Positions 1 to 10,341 of a stretch of 64,000 bases of DNA are shown piece after piece. Location: the NCBI GenBank assembly GCA_047150005.1, contig AP038806.1, positions 3,232,001 through 3,296,000 on the forward strand. The letters are read 5' to 3'. Under the pieces are notes generated by a model, which saw only the letters and a list, made by a program, of their open reading frames with translations, did no database searches and was not told the origin of the DNA. Both the position numbers and the translations under genes were made by a program. This DNA is from Nitrospira sp. Lineage in GTDB: Bacteria > Nitrospirota > Nitrospiria > Nitrospirales > Nitrospiraceae. Every line of letters starts with the position of its first letter. Positions within the stretch are counted from its first letter, which is position 1.

Positions 1-90
1 AAACTGGTCGAATTGTTGACGACGATCATGGGCGGCGGGCTCCTCGGAGGCTGCATCGCCCTGATTCTCGATCGGATCAAGAAGTCCTAG
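1..90 (+). CDS. 3' end of a membrane protein (partial)
   Basis: Open frame KLVELLTTIMGGGLLGGCIALILDRIKKS ending at TAG 88-90; hydrophobic. Confidence 0.55.
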   Translation, partial: KLVELLTTIMGGGLLGGCIALILDRIKKS

Positions 91-160
91 CGAAGAGGGA
101 CATCGGACATTCGTCGGTCAAGACGAGGGCATGCGAGGACATGAGGGTATTATGATGGAT

Positions 161-580
161 ATGGAAATCGGTTCGAATGTGTACCGCAACACGAACGGCA
201 CGATTGAGATCGAGGGGATTCCGCAGATTCAAATTGAACTGAAGGAACCTTCCAAAGCCATGCTGGTCAGTTTTGCGCTGTTCGATTCCAACGGCAAGAT
301 GATCGCCAAATTGGTGGACAGCACGCTAACGTTCAACGAGCGGCGTGCGTATGAACTTGACAGGACACCTACGCGTCTGACCCTGACTCATTCGGAATCG
401 AAGAACGTCGTACTGCAGATCGATGTGAAGTCCCCGGATCAGGTCGTGTTCAGCAAAGCGGGGTTCCATTCGATCAAGGGACACCTCTTGGAGGTCTCGG
501 CCAAAGAATGGAAGATTGACCGGCAGAAGAGCAGCGGAGCCACCCACGACGTGAGCGGCGGCTCGGTCAAGATCGGCTAG
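161..580 (+). CDS. Hypothetical beta-rich protein
   Basis: ORF 131..580; start placed at ATG 161, 7 nt after TATTAT. Confidence 0.7.
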   Translation: MEIGSNVYRNTNGTIEIEGIPQIQIELKEPSKAMLVSFALFDSNGKMIAKLVDSTLTFNERRAYELDRTPTRLTLTHSESKNVVLQIDVKSPDQVVFSKAGFHSIKGHLLEVSAKEWKIDRQKSSGATHDVSGGSVKIG

Positions 581-3182
581 CCGGCCCTTCCGGTCCCGCC
601 AACGGCACGATCACGATCCGGTCGGCTTTGAGATCCACCGCCGCGGTATCGCCGTCCCGCAATTCCCCCTTGACCAGTTGCCGCGCGATCGGCGTTTCGA
701 TTTCCTGCTGAATCAGCCGTTTGAGCGGGCGGGCTCCGTAGACTGGGTCATAGCCCCGCTTGCCCAACTGTTCGAGAGCCCCCGGCGCGATCGTCAGGGT
801 GATACGCCGCTCGCCCAATCTCAGCCGCAATCGCTCCAGCTGAATGTCCACGATCTTGGTGAGTTGATCGCTCTCCAGCGCGTGAAAGACGACGGTCTCA
901 TCGACCCGGTTCAGGAACTCCGGCCGGAAGTGCCGTCGCAGCTCGCCCATGACCATGTCCCGCACTTCCTCGTAGGTCGATCGTTTCCGCTGGGCCTCCA
1001 GGATCTGCGGGCTCCCGATGTTGGATGTCATGATGAGTACGGTATTCTTGAAGTCGACCGTCCTCCCTTGCGAGTCGGTGAGCCGCCCGTCGTCCAAGAC
1101 CTGAAGGAGCACGTTGAAGACGTCGTGGTGGGCTTTCTCGATCTCGTCGAAGAGAATCACCGAGAACGGACGCCGGCGAACGGCTTCGGTCAGTTGGCCG
1201 CCCTCTTCGTATCCGACATAGCCTGGCGGAGCGCCGATCAACCTGGCGACCGTGTGCTTTTCCATGTACTCCGACATGTCGATACGGATCAGATTGGCCT
1301 CGTCGTCGAACAGGGTCGCGGCCAGTGCCCGAGCGAGCTCCGTCTTGCCGACCCCGGTCGGACCGAGGAACAAGAATGAGCCGATGGGCCGATTCGGATC
1401 CTTGATGCCGGAGCGCGCGCGCAGCACGGCGTCGGCCACGGCCTGAACCGCTTCATCCTGTCCGACGACGCGCTGATGGAGCAGCTCTTCGAGCTTCAGC
1501 AGCTTTTCCATCTCGCCTTCGATGAGCCTGGATACCGGAATGCCGGTCCAACGGCTGACGATCGCGGCAATATCGTCTTCGTCGACTTCTTCCTTTAACA
1601 GGCGGCTTTCGCCTTGCTTCTTTCCGAGTTGTTGCTGCTCGATGGCCAGCTCTCGTTCGAGCCGCGGCAGTTCACCATAGCGCAATTCGGCGACCCGATT
1701 GAGATCGTAAGCCCGCTCGGCCTTTTCGATGGCGAGCTTGACTTCTTCGATGGCTTCTCTGGTCTTTCGCAGACGCGAGACCGACGCCTTTTCCGAATCC
1801 CATCTGGTTTTCAGAGCCTGAAGGTCTCGTTGTTTCTCCTGGAGTTCCTGCTCCAGCGTCGCCAGGCGGGCCTGACTGGCCTGATCCTTTTCCCTTCGCA
1901 ATGCCTCGCGTTCGATCTCCAACTGAAGGACCTTCCGGGACACTTCATCCAGTTCGGCCGGTAGACTGTCGATTTCCGTCCGTAGGCGGGCGGCGGCCTC
2001 ATCGACGAGATCGATGGCCTTGTCTGGAAGGAAACGATCCGCGATATAACGATGCGAGAGCTTGGCCGCTGCGACTAGCGCGGCGTCCTTGATCCGGACG
2101 CCGTGGTGCACTTCGTACCGTTCTTTCAATCCGCGAAGGATGGAGATGGTGTCCTCAACGGTAGGCTGATCGACCAGCACGGTCTGGAAACGGCGCTCCA
2201 ACGCGGCGTCTTTCTCGATGTGCTTGCGGTACTCATCCAATGTCGTGGCGCCGATCAAATGAAGCTCGCCGCGGGCCAGCATCGGCTTCAGCAGGTTGGC
2301 GGCGTCCATCGCGCCTTCCGCTGCTCCCGCGCCGACCACCGTGTGCAGCTCGTCGATGAACAGCAGGACTTGTCCCTGCGATGCCTGGATCTCCTTGAGG
2401 ACCGCCTTGAGGCGCTCTTCGAATTCGCCGCGGAACTTGGCGCCGGCTACGAGGGCGCCCATGTCGAGGACCACGACCCGTTTGTGTTTGAGTCCCTCGG
2501 GGACGTCGCCTTTGACGATGCGGATGGCCAACCCTTCGACGATGGCGGTTTTTCCGACGCCGGGTTCCCCGATCAACACCGGATTGTTCTTGGTACGACG
2601 GGACAGGATCTGGATGACCCGGCGGATTTCCTCGTCACGTCCGATGACGGGGTCCAATTTACCCTGCCCGGCCAGCTTCGTAAGGTCTCGACCGTATTTT
2701 TCAAGCGACTGATAGGTGCCTTCCGGATCTTGGCTGGTGACGCGCTGATTGCCCCGCACCTGCTGGAGCGCGCTCAGCAATCGTTCTCGCGAGAGGCCCA
2801 GTTTCTTGAGGACGCCGCCCTCCTGCACCATGGCCAGCAGCACATGCTCGACGCTGAGATAATCGTCCTTCAGCGCCCGCTGCTCCTCTTCGGCCTTCGT
2901 CAACACCTGATTGAGCCTGGGCGTGATGTGCAACTGCCCTGGCCCGCCGCCCACCCCCTGGACCTGAGGCATCTTCGAGAGCGCCTGCTCGGCTGCCTGC
3001 TTGACGGCTTGCACGGAGACGCCGGCCTGTTCGCACAGGGTGGGGACGATGCCGCCGTCTTGTTCCAACAAGGCCAGCAACAGGTGTTCGACGTCCATAC
3101 CCTGGTGATTCCGCCTCATGGCCTGGGAGGACGCGGATTGTAAGGCTTCCTGAAGCTTGATCGTGGCGCGATTCATATCCAT
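567..3182 (-). CDS. clpB: ATP-dependent chaperone ClpB
   Basis: Two AAA+ modules ([16 protein letters not shown]), [13 protein letters not shown] and GYVGYEEGG pore loops, long coiled-coil M domain, 871 aa. Confidence 0.98.
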   Translation of the reverse strand: MDMNRATIKLQEALQSASSQAMRRNHQGMDVEHLLLALLEQDGGIVPTLCEQAGVSVQAVKQAAEQALSKMPQVQGVGGGPGQLHITPRLNQVLTKAEEEQRALKDDYLSVEHVLLAMVQEGGVLKKLGLSRERLLSALQQVRGNQRVTSQDPEGTYQSLEKYGRDLTKLAGQGKLDPVIGRDEEIRRVIQILSRRTKNNPVLIGEPGVGKTAIVEGLAIRIVKGDVPEGLKHKRVVVLDMGALVAGAKFRGEFEERLKAVLKEIQASQGQVLLFIDELHTVVGAGAAEGAMDAANLLKPMLARGELHLIGATTLDEYRKHIEKDAALERRFQTVLVDQPTVEDTISILRGLKERYEVHHGVRIKDAALVAAAKLSHRYIADRFLPDKAIDLVDEAAARLRTEIDSLPAELDEVSRKVLQLEIEREALRREKDQASQARLATLEQELQEKQRDLQALKTRWDSEKASVSRLRKTREAIEEVKLAIEKAERAYDLNRVAELRYGELPRLERELAIEQQQLGKKQGESRLLKEEVDEDDIAAIVSRWTGIPVSRLIEGEMEKLLKLEELLHQRVVGQDEAVQAVADAVLRARSGIKDPNRPIGSFLFLGPTGVGKTELARALAATLFDDEANLIRIDMSEYMEKHTVARLIGAPPGYVGYEEGGQLTEAVRRRPFSVILFDEIEKAHHDVFNVLLQVLDDGRLTDSQGRTVDFKNTVLIMTSNIGSPQILEAQRKRSTYEEVRDMVMGELRRHFRPEFLNRVDETVVFHALESDQLTKIVDIQLERLRLRLGERRITLTIAPGALEQLGKRGYDPVYGARPLKRLIQQEIETPIARQLVKGELRDGDTAAVDLKADRIVIVPLAGPEGPASRS

Positions 3183-3270
3183 AGGGGGCGTCTCCTCCGT
3201 CCGAATGCCTCTCTGCCTTCACATAATCACGCGGCTTCCCCAAGTCAATGCCTTGAAACTGCGCCTCCGC

Positions 3271-3300
3271 TTGACCCGTCGGCCCCGGCCTCGCTATTGT
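3271..3300 (+). promoter_or_regulatory. sigma70-like promoter, probably leaderless
   Basis: TTGACC-18 nt-TATTGT, then 7 nt to ATG 3308; no SD. Confidence 0.55.
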
Positions 3301-3307
3301 CGCCTTC

Positions 3308-4138
3308 ATGGCTGAACTGGTGACCGCGACCGTCGATCTCTACCGGCAGGCTCTCCGAAAGACCTGGCAATCGCTCGTCCGAGGGTGGATCATCATGGTG
3401 GCCCTCGTCGGATTCATGGTTATCTTGGCGGTGACTACCCAGTTGGCGGGACCGCTGGGAGTGGCCGGCGGGTTTCTCCTTGGAGCGGTTAATGCCCTGC
3501 TCGTGGGCGCCGTCCTCAGTTTGATCGAGCAATCGATCTCCTACGGCCGCACCCTGACGTTGCAGGATGTGTTCGACAGTTTCGGCCGGTACTTCTGGGA
3601 TGTCATCGGGGTCGGATTTGTCCTCTGGCTACCCTTATTGGCGCTGGAGCTGGGAACGCAAACCAATCCGTACGGCCCGTTTTTTTCCTATGCGGTACTG
3701 CTGCTGCTGTTCCTTCTCCTGAATCCCGCTCCCGAGGTCATCTATCAGGTTCATCATGATTCTCCACTCGATGTCATGAAGACCTCGTATGAGTTCGTCC
3801 TGGAGAATTGGATGGAATGGTTCCTGCCCATTGCCCTGCTTCTGCTGCCGATCGTGCTATCGCCCGCCGGCGTTCGGGAGGTTTTTTCCCTGTCGAGTCG
3901 TGCGGGGAGGGGAGCGGGGTTGGATTTTTTTCAGCTTCTGGTCCTTCCGTTCACGATCCTGGGGGGGTGGCTCGACTATCTCGGGATGCCCTCGGCAATG
4001 AGTTGGTATCTGATGTTGCTGCTGACGCCTCCTACGGCGGTCGGCATGCTGCTCTTTCGAGGCCACCTTTTTGCATTATTATCCAGCTCCTCCCGTCGTC
4101 AACGGCGTTTCGCTTCCCAGCACTATCGGGGCGAGTAA
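3308..4138 (+). CDS. Integral membrane hypothetical protein
   Basis: 276 aa with about 6 hydrophobic segments. Confidence 0.8.
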   Translation: MAELVTATVDLYRQALRKTWQSLVRGWIIMVALVGFMVILAVTTQLAGPLGVAGGFLLGAVNALLVGAVLSLIEQSISYGRTLTLQDVFDSFGRYFWDVIGVGFVLWLPLLALELGTQTNPYGPFFSYAVLLLLFLLLNPAPEVIYQVHHDSPLDVMKTSYEFVLENWMEWFLPIALLLLPIVLSPAGVREVFSLSSRAGRGAGLDFFQLLVLPFTILGGWLDYLGMPSAMSWYLMLLLTPPTAVGMLLFRGHLFALLSSSSRRQRRFASQHYRGE

Positions 4139-4331
4139 ATTTCACCAGCATCGAGACGGCCCGACGACGAGGAACGGCCTTGCTCTCCGGTGATCGGGCT
4201 TCCTCGAGCCGCTCCCGGCAAGGTCCAAGTTTTTTCTATTTTGCCTTGAGATGCACGACGGGATAGTGTATGGAATTGCCTACACCTGATTCAATTTCCT
4301 TGGCTCTTCCTGGTACGTAAGGGCAACGCTC

Positions 4332-5804
4332 ATGCATCTATCGATCTTCTGGCGGATCGTGCTGACCTCCCTGCTCATCATCGTGGTGATGGGAGGGGTG
4401 AATCTCTATGCCCTGTTCCAACTCCGACAACTCTCTGCCCTGAGTACCAGCATGGCCGGCCACCATTACCCGGCGATCGAAGCGGCGAAGCGCTTGCTGA
4501 CGCTGGCCTACGTCCAACTCAACAGCGAAAAAAAGTACCTCGCCGTGCGTGACGATACATTCCTCAAGCATCTGGACGAAGAGGTCGACGAGTTTCGTCG
4601 GGGCATGACGGCCCTGGCTGCCCAGGAACTTTCTCTGGAAGGACTGCAGCTCTTAGAACATGTCCAACGGCTCCAGCAAGAGCGCTTAGGCATGTTGAAC
4701 GTCGAACTGGAACAGCCCGTCAAGGGCAAGGGAGGCGCGTCTCCGGACTATGAGAGCCGTCGAGATCTGGTGATGGACCAGATGACGACGACGCTCCAAC
4801 ATTACGTTGATTTTCACGAATCCGGCATCAGCGCGGGGGTCCGGCGTTCCCGCGAAAGCTCGGCGCAGGCGGAGGCCGTGACGGAACAATTGGTCCTGCT
4901 GGCCCTGTTGTTCGGCATCGGGCTCGCCAGCATCGCAAGCTACACGATTCTACAGCCGTTGCGCCAACTCCAAAGTCACATCAAGCAAATCGGGCGGGGG
5001 AATTTTCGGGAGTCGTTGAACATTCGCGCTCCCAGCGAGCTCCGCAGCTTGGTGGACACGGTGAATTGGATGGGAGGCAAGCTTCAAGAACTTGACGATA
5101 TGAAGGGGGAGTTTCTCGCCCACGTGTCCCACGAACTCAGGACGCCTATGGCCTCGATCCAGGAAGGCACGCATCTGCTCCTGGACGAGATTCCCGGACC
5201 CCTCCAACCGGAACAGCGCACAACCTTACGGATCATGGCCGACAGCAGTCGCCGGCTGATTCACTTGATTTCGACCATTCTCGATCTGTCCAAGATGGAC
5301 GCCGGTATGATGGAATACCGCATCGTCTCCTCGGATCTGCGACGGATCGCCGACATCTCCGTGAGCAAGATTCGATTGCTTGCGGATGCTAAGCACGTTC
5401 AACTGGTCGTGGAGTCCCCCGCACAGCGGGTCTGGGTGAAGGCGGACGCCATTCGTATTGAGCAGGTCCTCGACAATCTGCTATCAAATGCCTTGAAGTT
5501 CAGTCCGGAAGGAGGCATTGTTAAGATTCACATGCGGCCGGACATGAAGGCCGGGGTCCTGGAGGTCTCGGTATCCGACGTGGGTCCCGGCGTCCCTCCC
5601 GACGAATTGCCGCACATCTTCGAGCGATTCTACCAGGGGCGTCAAAAAGGCAAGCAGGTGCTTCCCGGGAGCGGCCTGGGTTTGGCCCTCGCCAAGAAGG
5701 TGGTTGAAGCGCACGGAGGACGGATTTGGATCGAAAGCGAGTTGAAGAAGGGAACGACTGTACGGTTTATCCTACGCCTTACCAAACGCGCGGGGGCGGC
5801 ATGA
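4332..5804 (+). CDS. HAMP sensor histidine kinase, GlrK/QseE-like
   Basis: 2 TM, HAMP, H-box SHELRTP, N-box NLLSNALKF, G boxes DVGPG and GSGLGL. Confidence 0.92.
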   Translation: MHLSIFWRIVLTSLLIIVVMGGVNLYALFQLRQLSALSTSMAGHHYPAIEAAKRLLTLAYVQLNSEKKYLAVRDDTFLKHLDEEVDEFRRGMTALAAQELSLEGLQLLEHVQRLQQERLGMLNVELEQPVKGKGGASPDYESRRDLVMDQMTTTLQHYVDFHESGISAGVRRSRESSAQAEAVTEQLVLLALLFGIGLASIASYTILQPLRQLQSHIKQIGRGNFRESLNIRAPSELRSLVDTVNWMGGKLQELDDMKGEFLAHVSHELRTPMASIQEGTHLLLDEIPGPLQPEQRTTLRIMADSSRRLIHLISTILDLSKMDAGMMEYRIVSSDLRRIADISVSKIRLLADAKHVQLVVESPAQRVWVKADAIRIEQVLDNLLSNALKFSPEGGIVKIHMRPDMKAGVLEVSVSDVGPGVPPDELPHIFERFYQGRQKGKQVLPGSGLGLALAKKVVEAHGGRIWIESELKKGTTVRFILRLTKRAGAA

Positions 5805-6574
5805 GGACCCTGACGCTCAGGGCGATGGCCTGCCTGATCCTGTCCGGCTGCGCGTCTTGGGCTCCGGAGCCGTCACGGACGCAACCCTATTTTACGGTCG
5901 ATCCGGCGGATGCGAAAACCATCCATGCCTTGGCCAAGAAGCAGGACGCGGTGATCGCAAGGTGCGCTGAACATAATACTTGCGACCATGCCTATTTCAG
6001 CCGCGCGCTGATGAGCCTCTATGAGAGTCACGACGCGGCGGTGAAAAACTTCGAGAAAGTGATTGCAGCTGCCCCTCGCAGTCAATTGGCTTCGTCGAGC
6101 CGGCTATGGCTGCAGTTGTTGCAGCAATATCCCACGCCGAACGATCGTTCCTGGTTCTCGTCCGTTATGGGGGCCCCTGCGGTCTCCGAAGGACAAGTTG
6201 TCCTAGGCCAGGCATCCGATCGGCTGGTGCGGGACTTGCTTGATCGGGAACTGGTCATTCAGCAATTGCGGGCGACCCGGGATGCCGACGCGCAAGTGCT
6301 GGAACAACTGCAGCGGGACCTGGCCGACCGTGACCGGAAGGCCGATGCGCTGATCGGCAACAAGAAGGAATCGCAGAAAGCGCCGGTCGAGAGCGGAACG
6401 ATCCAATCCTTGCAGAAGCAGTTGGCCGAGCGGGAGAAGAAGATCGACGAACTGTACAATCAACTCGAGGCTCTCAAACGTATCGATCAGGAAACGCGAG
6501 AGAAGATTCGGCCGATTCGTCCACCCTCAACGGTGGCGCCGCTGCCGACCCCTGAGCCGACGGCACCCCAGTAA
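5801..6574 (+). CDS. Coiled-coil lipoprotein, QseG/YfhG-like position
   Basis: ATGA overlap with the kinase; lipobox LSGC; C-terminal coiled coil ending QLEALKRIDQE. Confidence 0.75.
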   Translation: MRTLTLRAMACLILSGCASWAPEPSRTQPYFTVDPADAKTIHALAKKQDAVIARCAEHNTCDHAYFSRALMSLYESHDAAVKNFEKVIAAAPRSQLASSSRLWLQLLQQYPTPNDRSWFSSVMGAPAVSEGQVVLGQASDRLVRDLLDRELVIQQLRATRDADAQVLEQLQRDLADRDRKADALIGNKKESQKAPVESGTIQSLQKQLAEREKKIDELYNQLEALKRIDQETREKIRPIRPPSTVAPLPTPEPTAPQ

Positions 6575-6582
6575 AGGACACC

Positions 6583-8001
6583 ATGGAACAGGAGCACATT
6601 CTCATAGTGGATGATGAAGAAGGCTTGCTGCAGCTGGTCAAGATGCGGCTGCAAGCGATGGGATTCGCCGTCACGGCCTGCACGACCGGGCGGGAAGCCG
6701 TCTCGGCGGCCAAAGTAAATCGGTTCGACCTGGCAATCACCGACCTCCGATTGGGCGGGGAAGACGGCCTGGACGTAACCGAAGAACTCCTCCGCATTCA
6801 TCCGGGGCTTCCGGTCATCATTCTCACGGCGCACGGCAGCATTCCCAACGCGGTTGAAGCCGTCCAACGCGGCGCCTTCGGGTATCTGACCAAACCTTTC
6901 GACGACAAGGAGCTGAAGGCCAAAATCGAGGAAGGGCTGTCGCCTCAGCGCATGAGCCGTGAAATCCAGCGGTTGAAATCGCTCGTCAACGAACTCTACG
7001 GGATGGACAACGTCGTGGCCCGCAGCCCGGCCATGCAACGACTGCTCCAGCAGGTCGTCCAGGTGGCGGATTCCGATGCGACGATGCTTCTGTTCGGCGA
7101 AACCGGCACGGGCAAGGAAGTGTTCGCGCGTGTGACGCATGCCAACAGCCGGCGGAGCAAGGGGCCGTTCGTCGCGCTGAACTGCGCGGCGATTCCCGAG
7201 ACGCTGTTCGAATCCGAGTTGTTCGGACATGTCAAGGGCGCGTTCACGAGCGCGCATGGTTCCAAGAAGGGCCTCTTCCAGAGCGCGCACGGCGGCACCC
7301 TGTTTCTGGATGAAATCGGGGAGATGCCGCTCTCGATGCAGGTCAAGCTGCTGCGCGCCGTTCAGGAGCGGGAGGTGCGAGAAGTCGGCGCCGAGCACGC
7401 CACCAAGGTGGACGTGCGGATCATCGCCGCCACGAATAAGGATCTGGACGAGGCCGTCAAGAGCGGGACGTTTCGCAACGACCTCTACTACCGAATTTCT
7501 GTGGTTCCCTTGTTCATTCCGCCGCTTCGGGATCGGCGGGACGATATTCCCATCATGGCCCAGCAATTTCTCGCCGTGAGCGCCAAACGCGCCAATAAGG
7601 ATATGCGGGGATTTACGCCGGCCGCGTTGCATCGCTTGGTCACCAATCTCTGGCCCGGGAACGTGCGTGAACTGGAGAACGCGATCGAAAAGGCCGTCGT
7701 CATGGCACGGCAGGACATGATTACGCCGGACTTGCTGCCTTCAACCGGCAGCGCACCGGATGCTCAATTGAAGCCGCTGACCGAAGCGAAAGAGGAGTTT
7801 GAAAAGACCTACCTCAAGAACGTGCTTCAGCTGACGGGAGGGAATATCTCGCGCGCCGCACAGTTCGCCGGTCGTTACCGCGCGGATTTCTACAAGATGC
7901 TCAAGAAGTACGGGCTCCATCCGTCGATGACGAAGGGTAAGGCGGCTCCGGAAGTCGAGGAGTTGGACGAAGAGAGTGACCTCACCGAGGCCGAACGGTA
8001 A
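6583..8001 (+). CDS. sigma54-dependent response regulator, GlrR/QseF-like
   Basis: REC domain, GETGTGKE, ESELFGHVKGAFT, WPGNVRELEN, HTH AAQFAGRYRADFYKML. Confidence 0.92.
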   Translation: MEQEHILIVDDEEGLLQLVKMRLQAMGFAVTACTTGREAVSAAKVNRFDLAITDLRLGGEDGLDVTEELLRIHPGLPVIILTAHGSIPNAVEAVQRGAFGYLTKPFDDKELKAKIEEGLSPQRMSREIQRLKSLVNELYGMDNVVARSPAMQRLLQQVVQVADSDATMLLFGETGTGKEVFARVTHANSRRSKGPFVALNCAAIPETLFESELFGHVKGAFTSAHGSKKGLFQSAHGGTLFLDEIGEMPLSMQVKLLRAVQEREVREVGAEHATKVDVRIIAATNKDLDEAVKSGTFRNDLYYRISVVPLFIPPLRDRRDDIPIMAQQFLAVSAKRANKDMRGFTPAALHRLVTNLWPGNVRELENAIEKAVVMARQDMITPDLLPSTGSAPDAQLKPLTEAKEEFEKTYLKNVLQLTGGNISRAAQFAGRYRADFYKMLKKYGLHPSMTKGKAAPEVEELDEESDLTEAER

Positions 8002-8067
8002 CCTCGCTGATTCTGACGCGTAGGCGACCAGGCGGTCGCGCCGGACACCATGCACCGCCGCAATATC

Positions 8068-9516
8068 CTACAAGCCGACGATGAAGTACTCGTCCGCCGA
8101 GGTCGCCGCGATGGGCGCAGCCGGCGCGCTGCCGTCGGCCGGTACGCACAGAAGATCACGTTGGCCTGACTGGGTACGTTCGAAGCAGGCGAATCCTCCC
8201 GCTGCTCCCGCAAATTCATCCAACGACGTCCCGGGCGTCAGTTGCACTAGACCCGTGCCGTCCGCCTGCACACTATAGAGCGCGCGCGGACTGGTCATGG
8301 CGTTCGACCCCATGACCCGCTCGAAGATCACTCTGGAACCGACCACCCCGCCGAAGGAATCGTCCTCGGCAAACGTCGCCAGAGGGATTTCGCCGCCGGA
8401 ACCGTCGGCCTGAATGCTGTACAGATTGTCCAGTCCTCCCACGGTGCGACGGAAGATGACGCGCGAACCCACGGCTCCCACCACTTCTTCGTTCGACGGC
8501 GATGTCGCGAGGGGAACCGTATTGGTTCCATCGGCATTCACACTGTAGATGTCGGTCTGGCCGTTCGCGGACTGGGTATATACGATCCGCCCGCCGACGA
8601 TCTCGCCCACGAACTCATTGCCGGGATCGGTGGCAAGGGGAACGGTGCCGGTCCCATCGCCGCTGACGCTGTAGAGATCGCAAGGGCCGTTGCAACGGTG
8701 GTACACGACACGATTGCCGCTCACCCCGCCGAGAAAGTCATTGTCGGGATCGGCGGACAAGGGTACGATCGCTCCCCCGTTCACCGGTACGGCATAGAGA
8801 TCCGGCACAACCTGAGATGAGAGCAGAGCGGAATAGATCACGGATGTGCCGACCGCTCCTTGCATGCCGAGGAGGGTGAATTGGCCGCTGGGGCTGCTGG
8901 TAGTGTTTACGAGCGGACGAGGGTCGCTGCCGTCCGGCAGAATACTGTGAAGCTCATTGTTCCGACGGTACACGACTCGTCCCGCTACGCTCCCTTCGTA
9001 GAACGCGATCGATTCGCTTCCCGGTGTTCTCACGGCCGGACCAATGGGCTGTCGGGCGCTGCCGTCCGTCACCACGCTGGTCAGATCGCTCAGGCGAACG
9101 CCGCTCGGCAAGGAAAACACCTGATCGTAGACGACACGGGACCCGACCACATCCCGGACCACCTCGTCGTCCGCCGCGTTGGCCAGGACTTGTCGGCCTG
9201 TACCTGAGACGGATACTTTCCAGATGTCACGCTGATCAGCGCCGGAGAACGGGACAGTTTGGGTTTGATACACGACGAGCGACCCGGCAAGTTTAGAGAA
9301 GGAGGCACGGACTCCCGGTTCGTCGGCTAACGTGACCGGGCCGCTTCCGTCGGTTTGACTGCGAAACAGAGATTCTTGGGAGCCGGTTGACCGTCCCCAG
9401 ATCACCCCGGTGGGCGAAGGGGTGGACGAACCGGTCGGCGCCGGATCTGAGGTGCTTCCGCCGCCGCTGCTGCAACCGACGAGCATCACCAGAAACGCAA
9501 CAATGAATGCCCACAT
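8068..9516 (-). CDS. Repeat-rich beta-propeller lipoprotein (TolB-like)
   Basis: Lipobox LVGC, Ser/Gly/Pro linker, repeated DLYSVxADGTG-VPLAT units; start re-placed at MWAF. Confidence 0.75.
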   Translation of the reverse strand: MWAFIVAFLVMLVGCSSGGGSTSDPAPTGSSTPSPTGVIWGRSTGSQESLFRSQTDGSGPVTLADEPGVRASFSKLAGSLVVYQTQTVPFSGADQRDIWKVSVSGTGRQVLANAADDEVVRDVVGSRVVYDQVFSLPSGVRLSDLTSVVTDGSARQPIGPAVRTPGSESIAFYEGSVAGRVVYRRNNELHSILPDGSDPRPLVNTTSSPSGQFTLLGMQGAVGTSVIYSALLSSQVVPDLYAVPVNGGAIVPLSADPDNDFLGGVSGNRVVYHRCNGPCDLYSVSGDGTGTVPLATDPGNEFVGEIVGGRIVYTQSANGQTDIYSVNADGTNTVPLATSPSNEEVVGAVGSRVIFRRTVGGLDNLYSIQADGSGGEIPLATFAEDDSFGGVVGSRVIFERVMGSNAMTSPRALYSVQADGTGLVQLTPGTSLDEFAGAAGGFACFERTQSGQRDLLCVPADGSAPAAPIAATSADEYFIVGL

Positions 9517-9731
9517 GACTGATCTCCCCAGCGCATCGTCGCCTCCGTCGGCCCGCTGATGCTCCCGGCGGGCTGCGGTTTGGTCATCTGAAGGCATTCT
9601 AGGAAAATGGGGATTCCAGGGGCAAGGGTATAAATGGGTGAAGGACAAAATGGACACTTTCTCTGACGAGTAGAGCCAAGTGGCCCTGATCCTTTTTGCT
9701 TCGAGGAAGGAACGAGGGTATTCTTGCGGAC

Positions 9732-10307
9732 ATGAAATGGTTGTACCCGACGCTCGTTGCAGTATTGTTGGGGCTCGTGTTGACGGCGTATCTGACCGCC
9801 GCATGGAGTCCGTCGTTCAAGCTGTCACGTCTATGGAATCAAGGCGGCCACCCGGCGGATACGCGCGGCACAACCGAAAAGACCGCGGAGGGAAAGACCG
9901 TTCTTCAGGACGTCCTATTGGAGGAGTTGCGGCGAATGCATCATCTCCGGCCGCTCACCGTTCAAGAGAGCGGCTCAAAGATTCAGAATCTGCCGATGGG
10001 AGTATTCGGCTTTTCGGAGTGCAGCGAGTCGCTTGAAGCGAAGCGAGATGGGAAGCCGTCATTAGAGGTGCAGAAGCGCCGTGACGGAATTGCCTACTAT
10101 GTCGGCTATGCGTCGGATGAGGACATCGGAAAATACTTCGCCAGGCTCAAGAATTTTCACATCCTGACCTACAACCAGGCCACGGGCACAGCCCCGTCGC
10201 TGCTCGAGATCCCGATCGATTTCGTTGCGAAATGCGAAACTCGTCAATCCGCCGATGGGCCGATGTTTGATCTGTTCGTGCGGGACATCCCGGAATTGCA
10301 GTCTTGA
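9732..10307 (+). CDS. Hypothetical protein with N-terminal membrane anchor
   Basis: MKWLYPTLVAVLLGLVL start; TATTCT 7 nt upstream. Confidence 0.7.
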   Translation: MKWLYPTLVAVLLGLVLTAYLTAAWSPSFKLSRLWNQGGHPADTRGTTEKTAEGKTVLQDVLLEELRRMHHLRPLTVQESGSKIQNLPMGVFGFSECSESLEAKRDGKPSLEVQKRRDGIAYYVGYASDEDIGKYFARLKNFHILTYNQATGTAPSLLEIPIDFVAKCETRQSADGPMFDLFVRDIPELQS

Positions 10308-10341
10308 TGGGAGTCGGCTCCTCGCATGATGTAGGCCGATT

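Noticed and set aside
678..3143. Long + strand ORFs opposite clpB, and similar antisense ORFs opposite pst, gsp, GH15 and IS30 genes
   Set aside because: Shadow frames typical of high-GC coding DNA; no motifs, and the opposite strand has clear family signatures
3183..3307. CIRCE or HAIR heat-shock operator upstream of clpB
   Set aside because: No TTAGCACTC-N9-GAGTGCTAA or CTTGAGT-N7-ACTCAAG match visible
4170..4185. sigma54 promoter upstream of the kinase (GGAACGGCCTTGC)
   Set aside because: GG-to-GC spacing is 9, not the required 10
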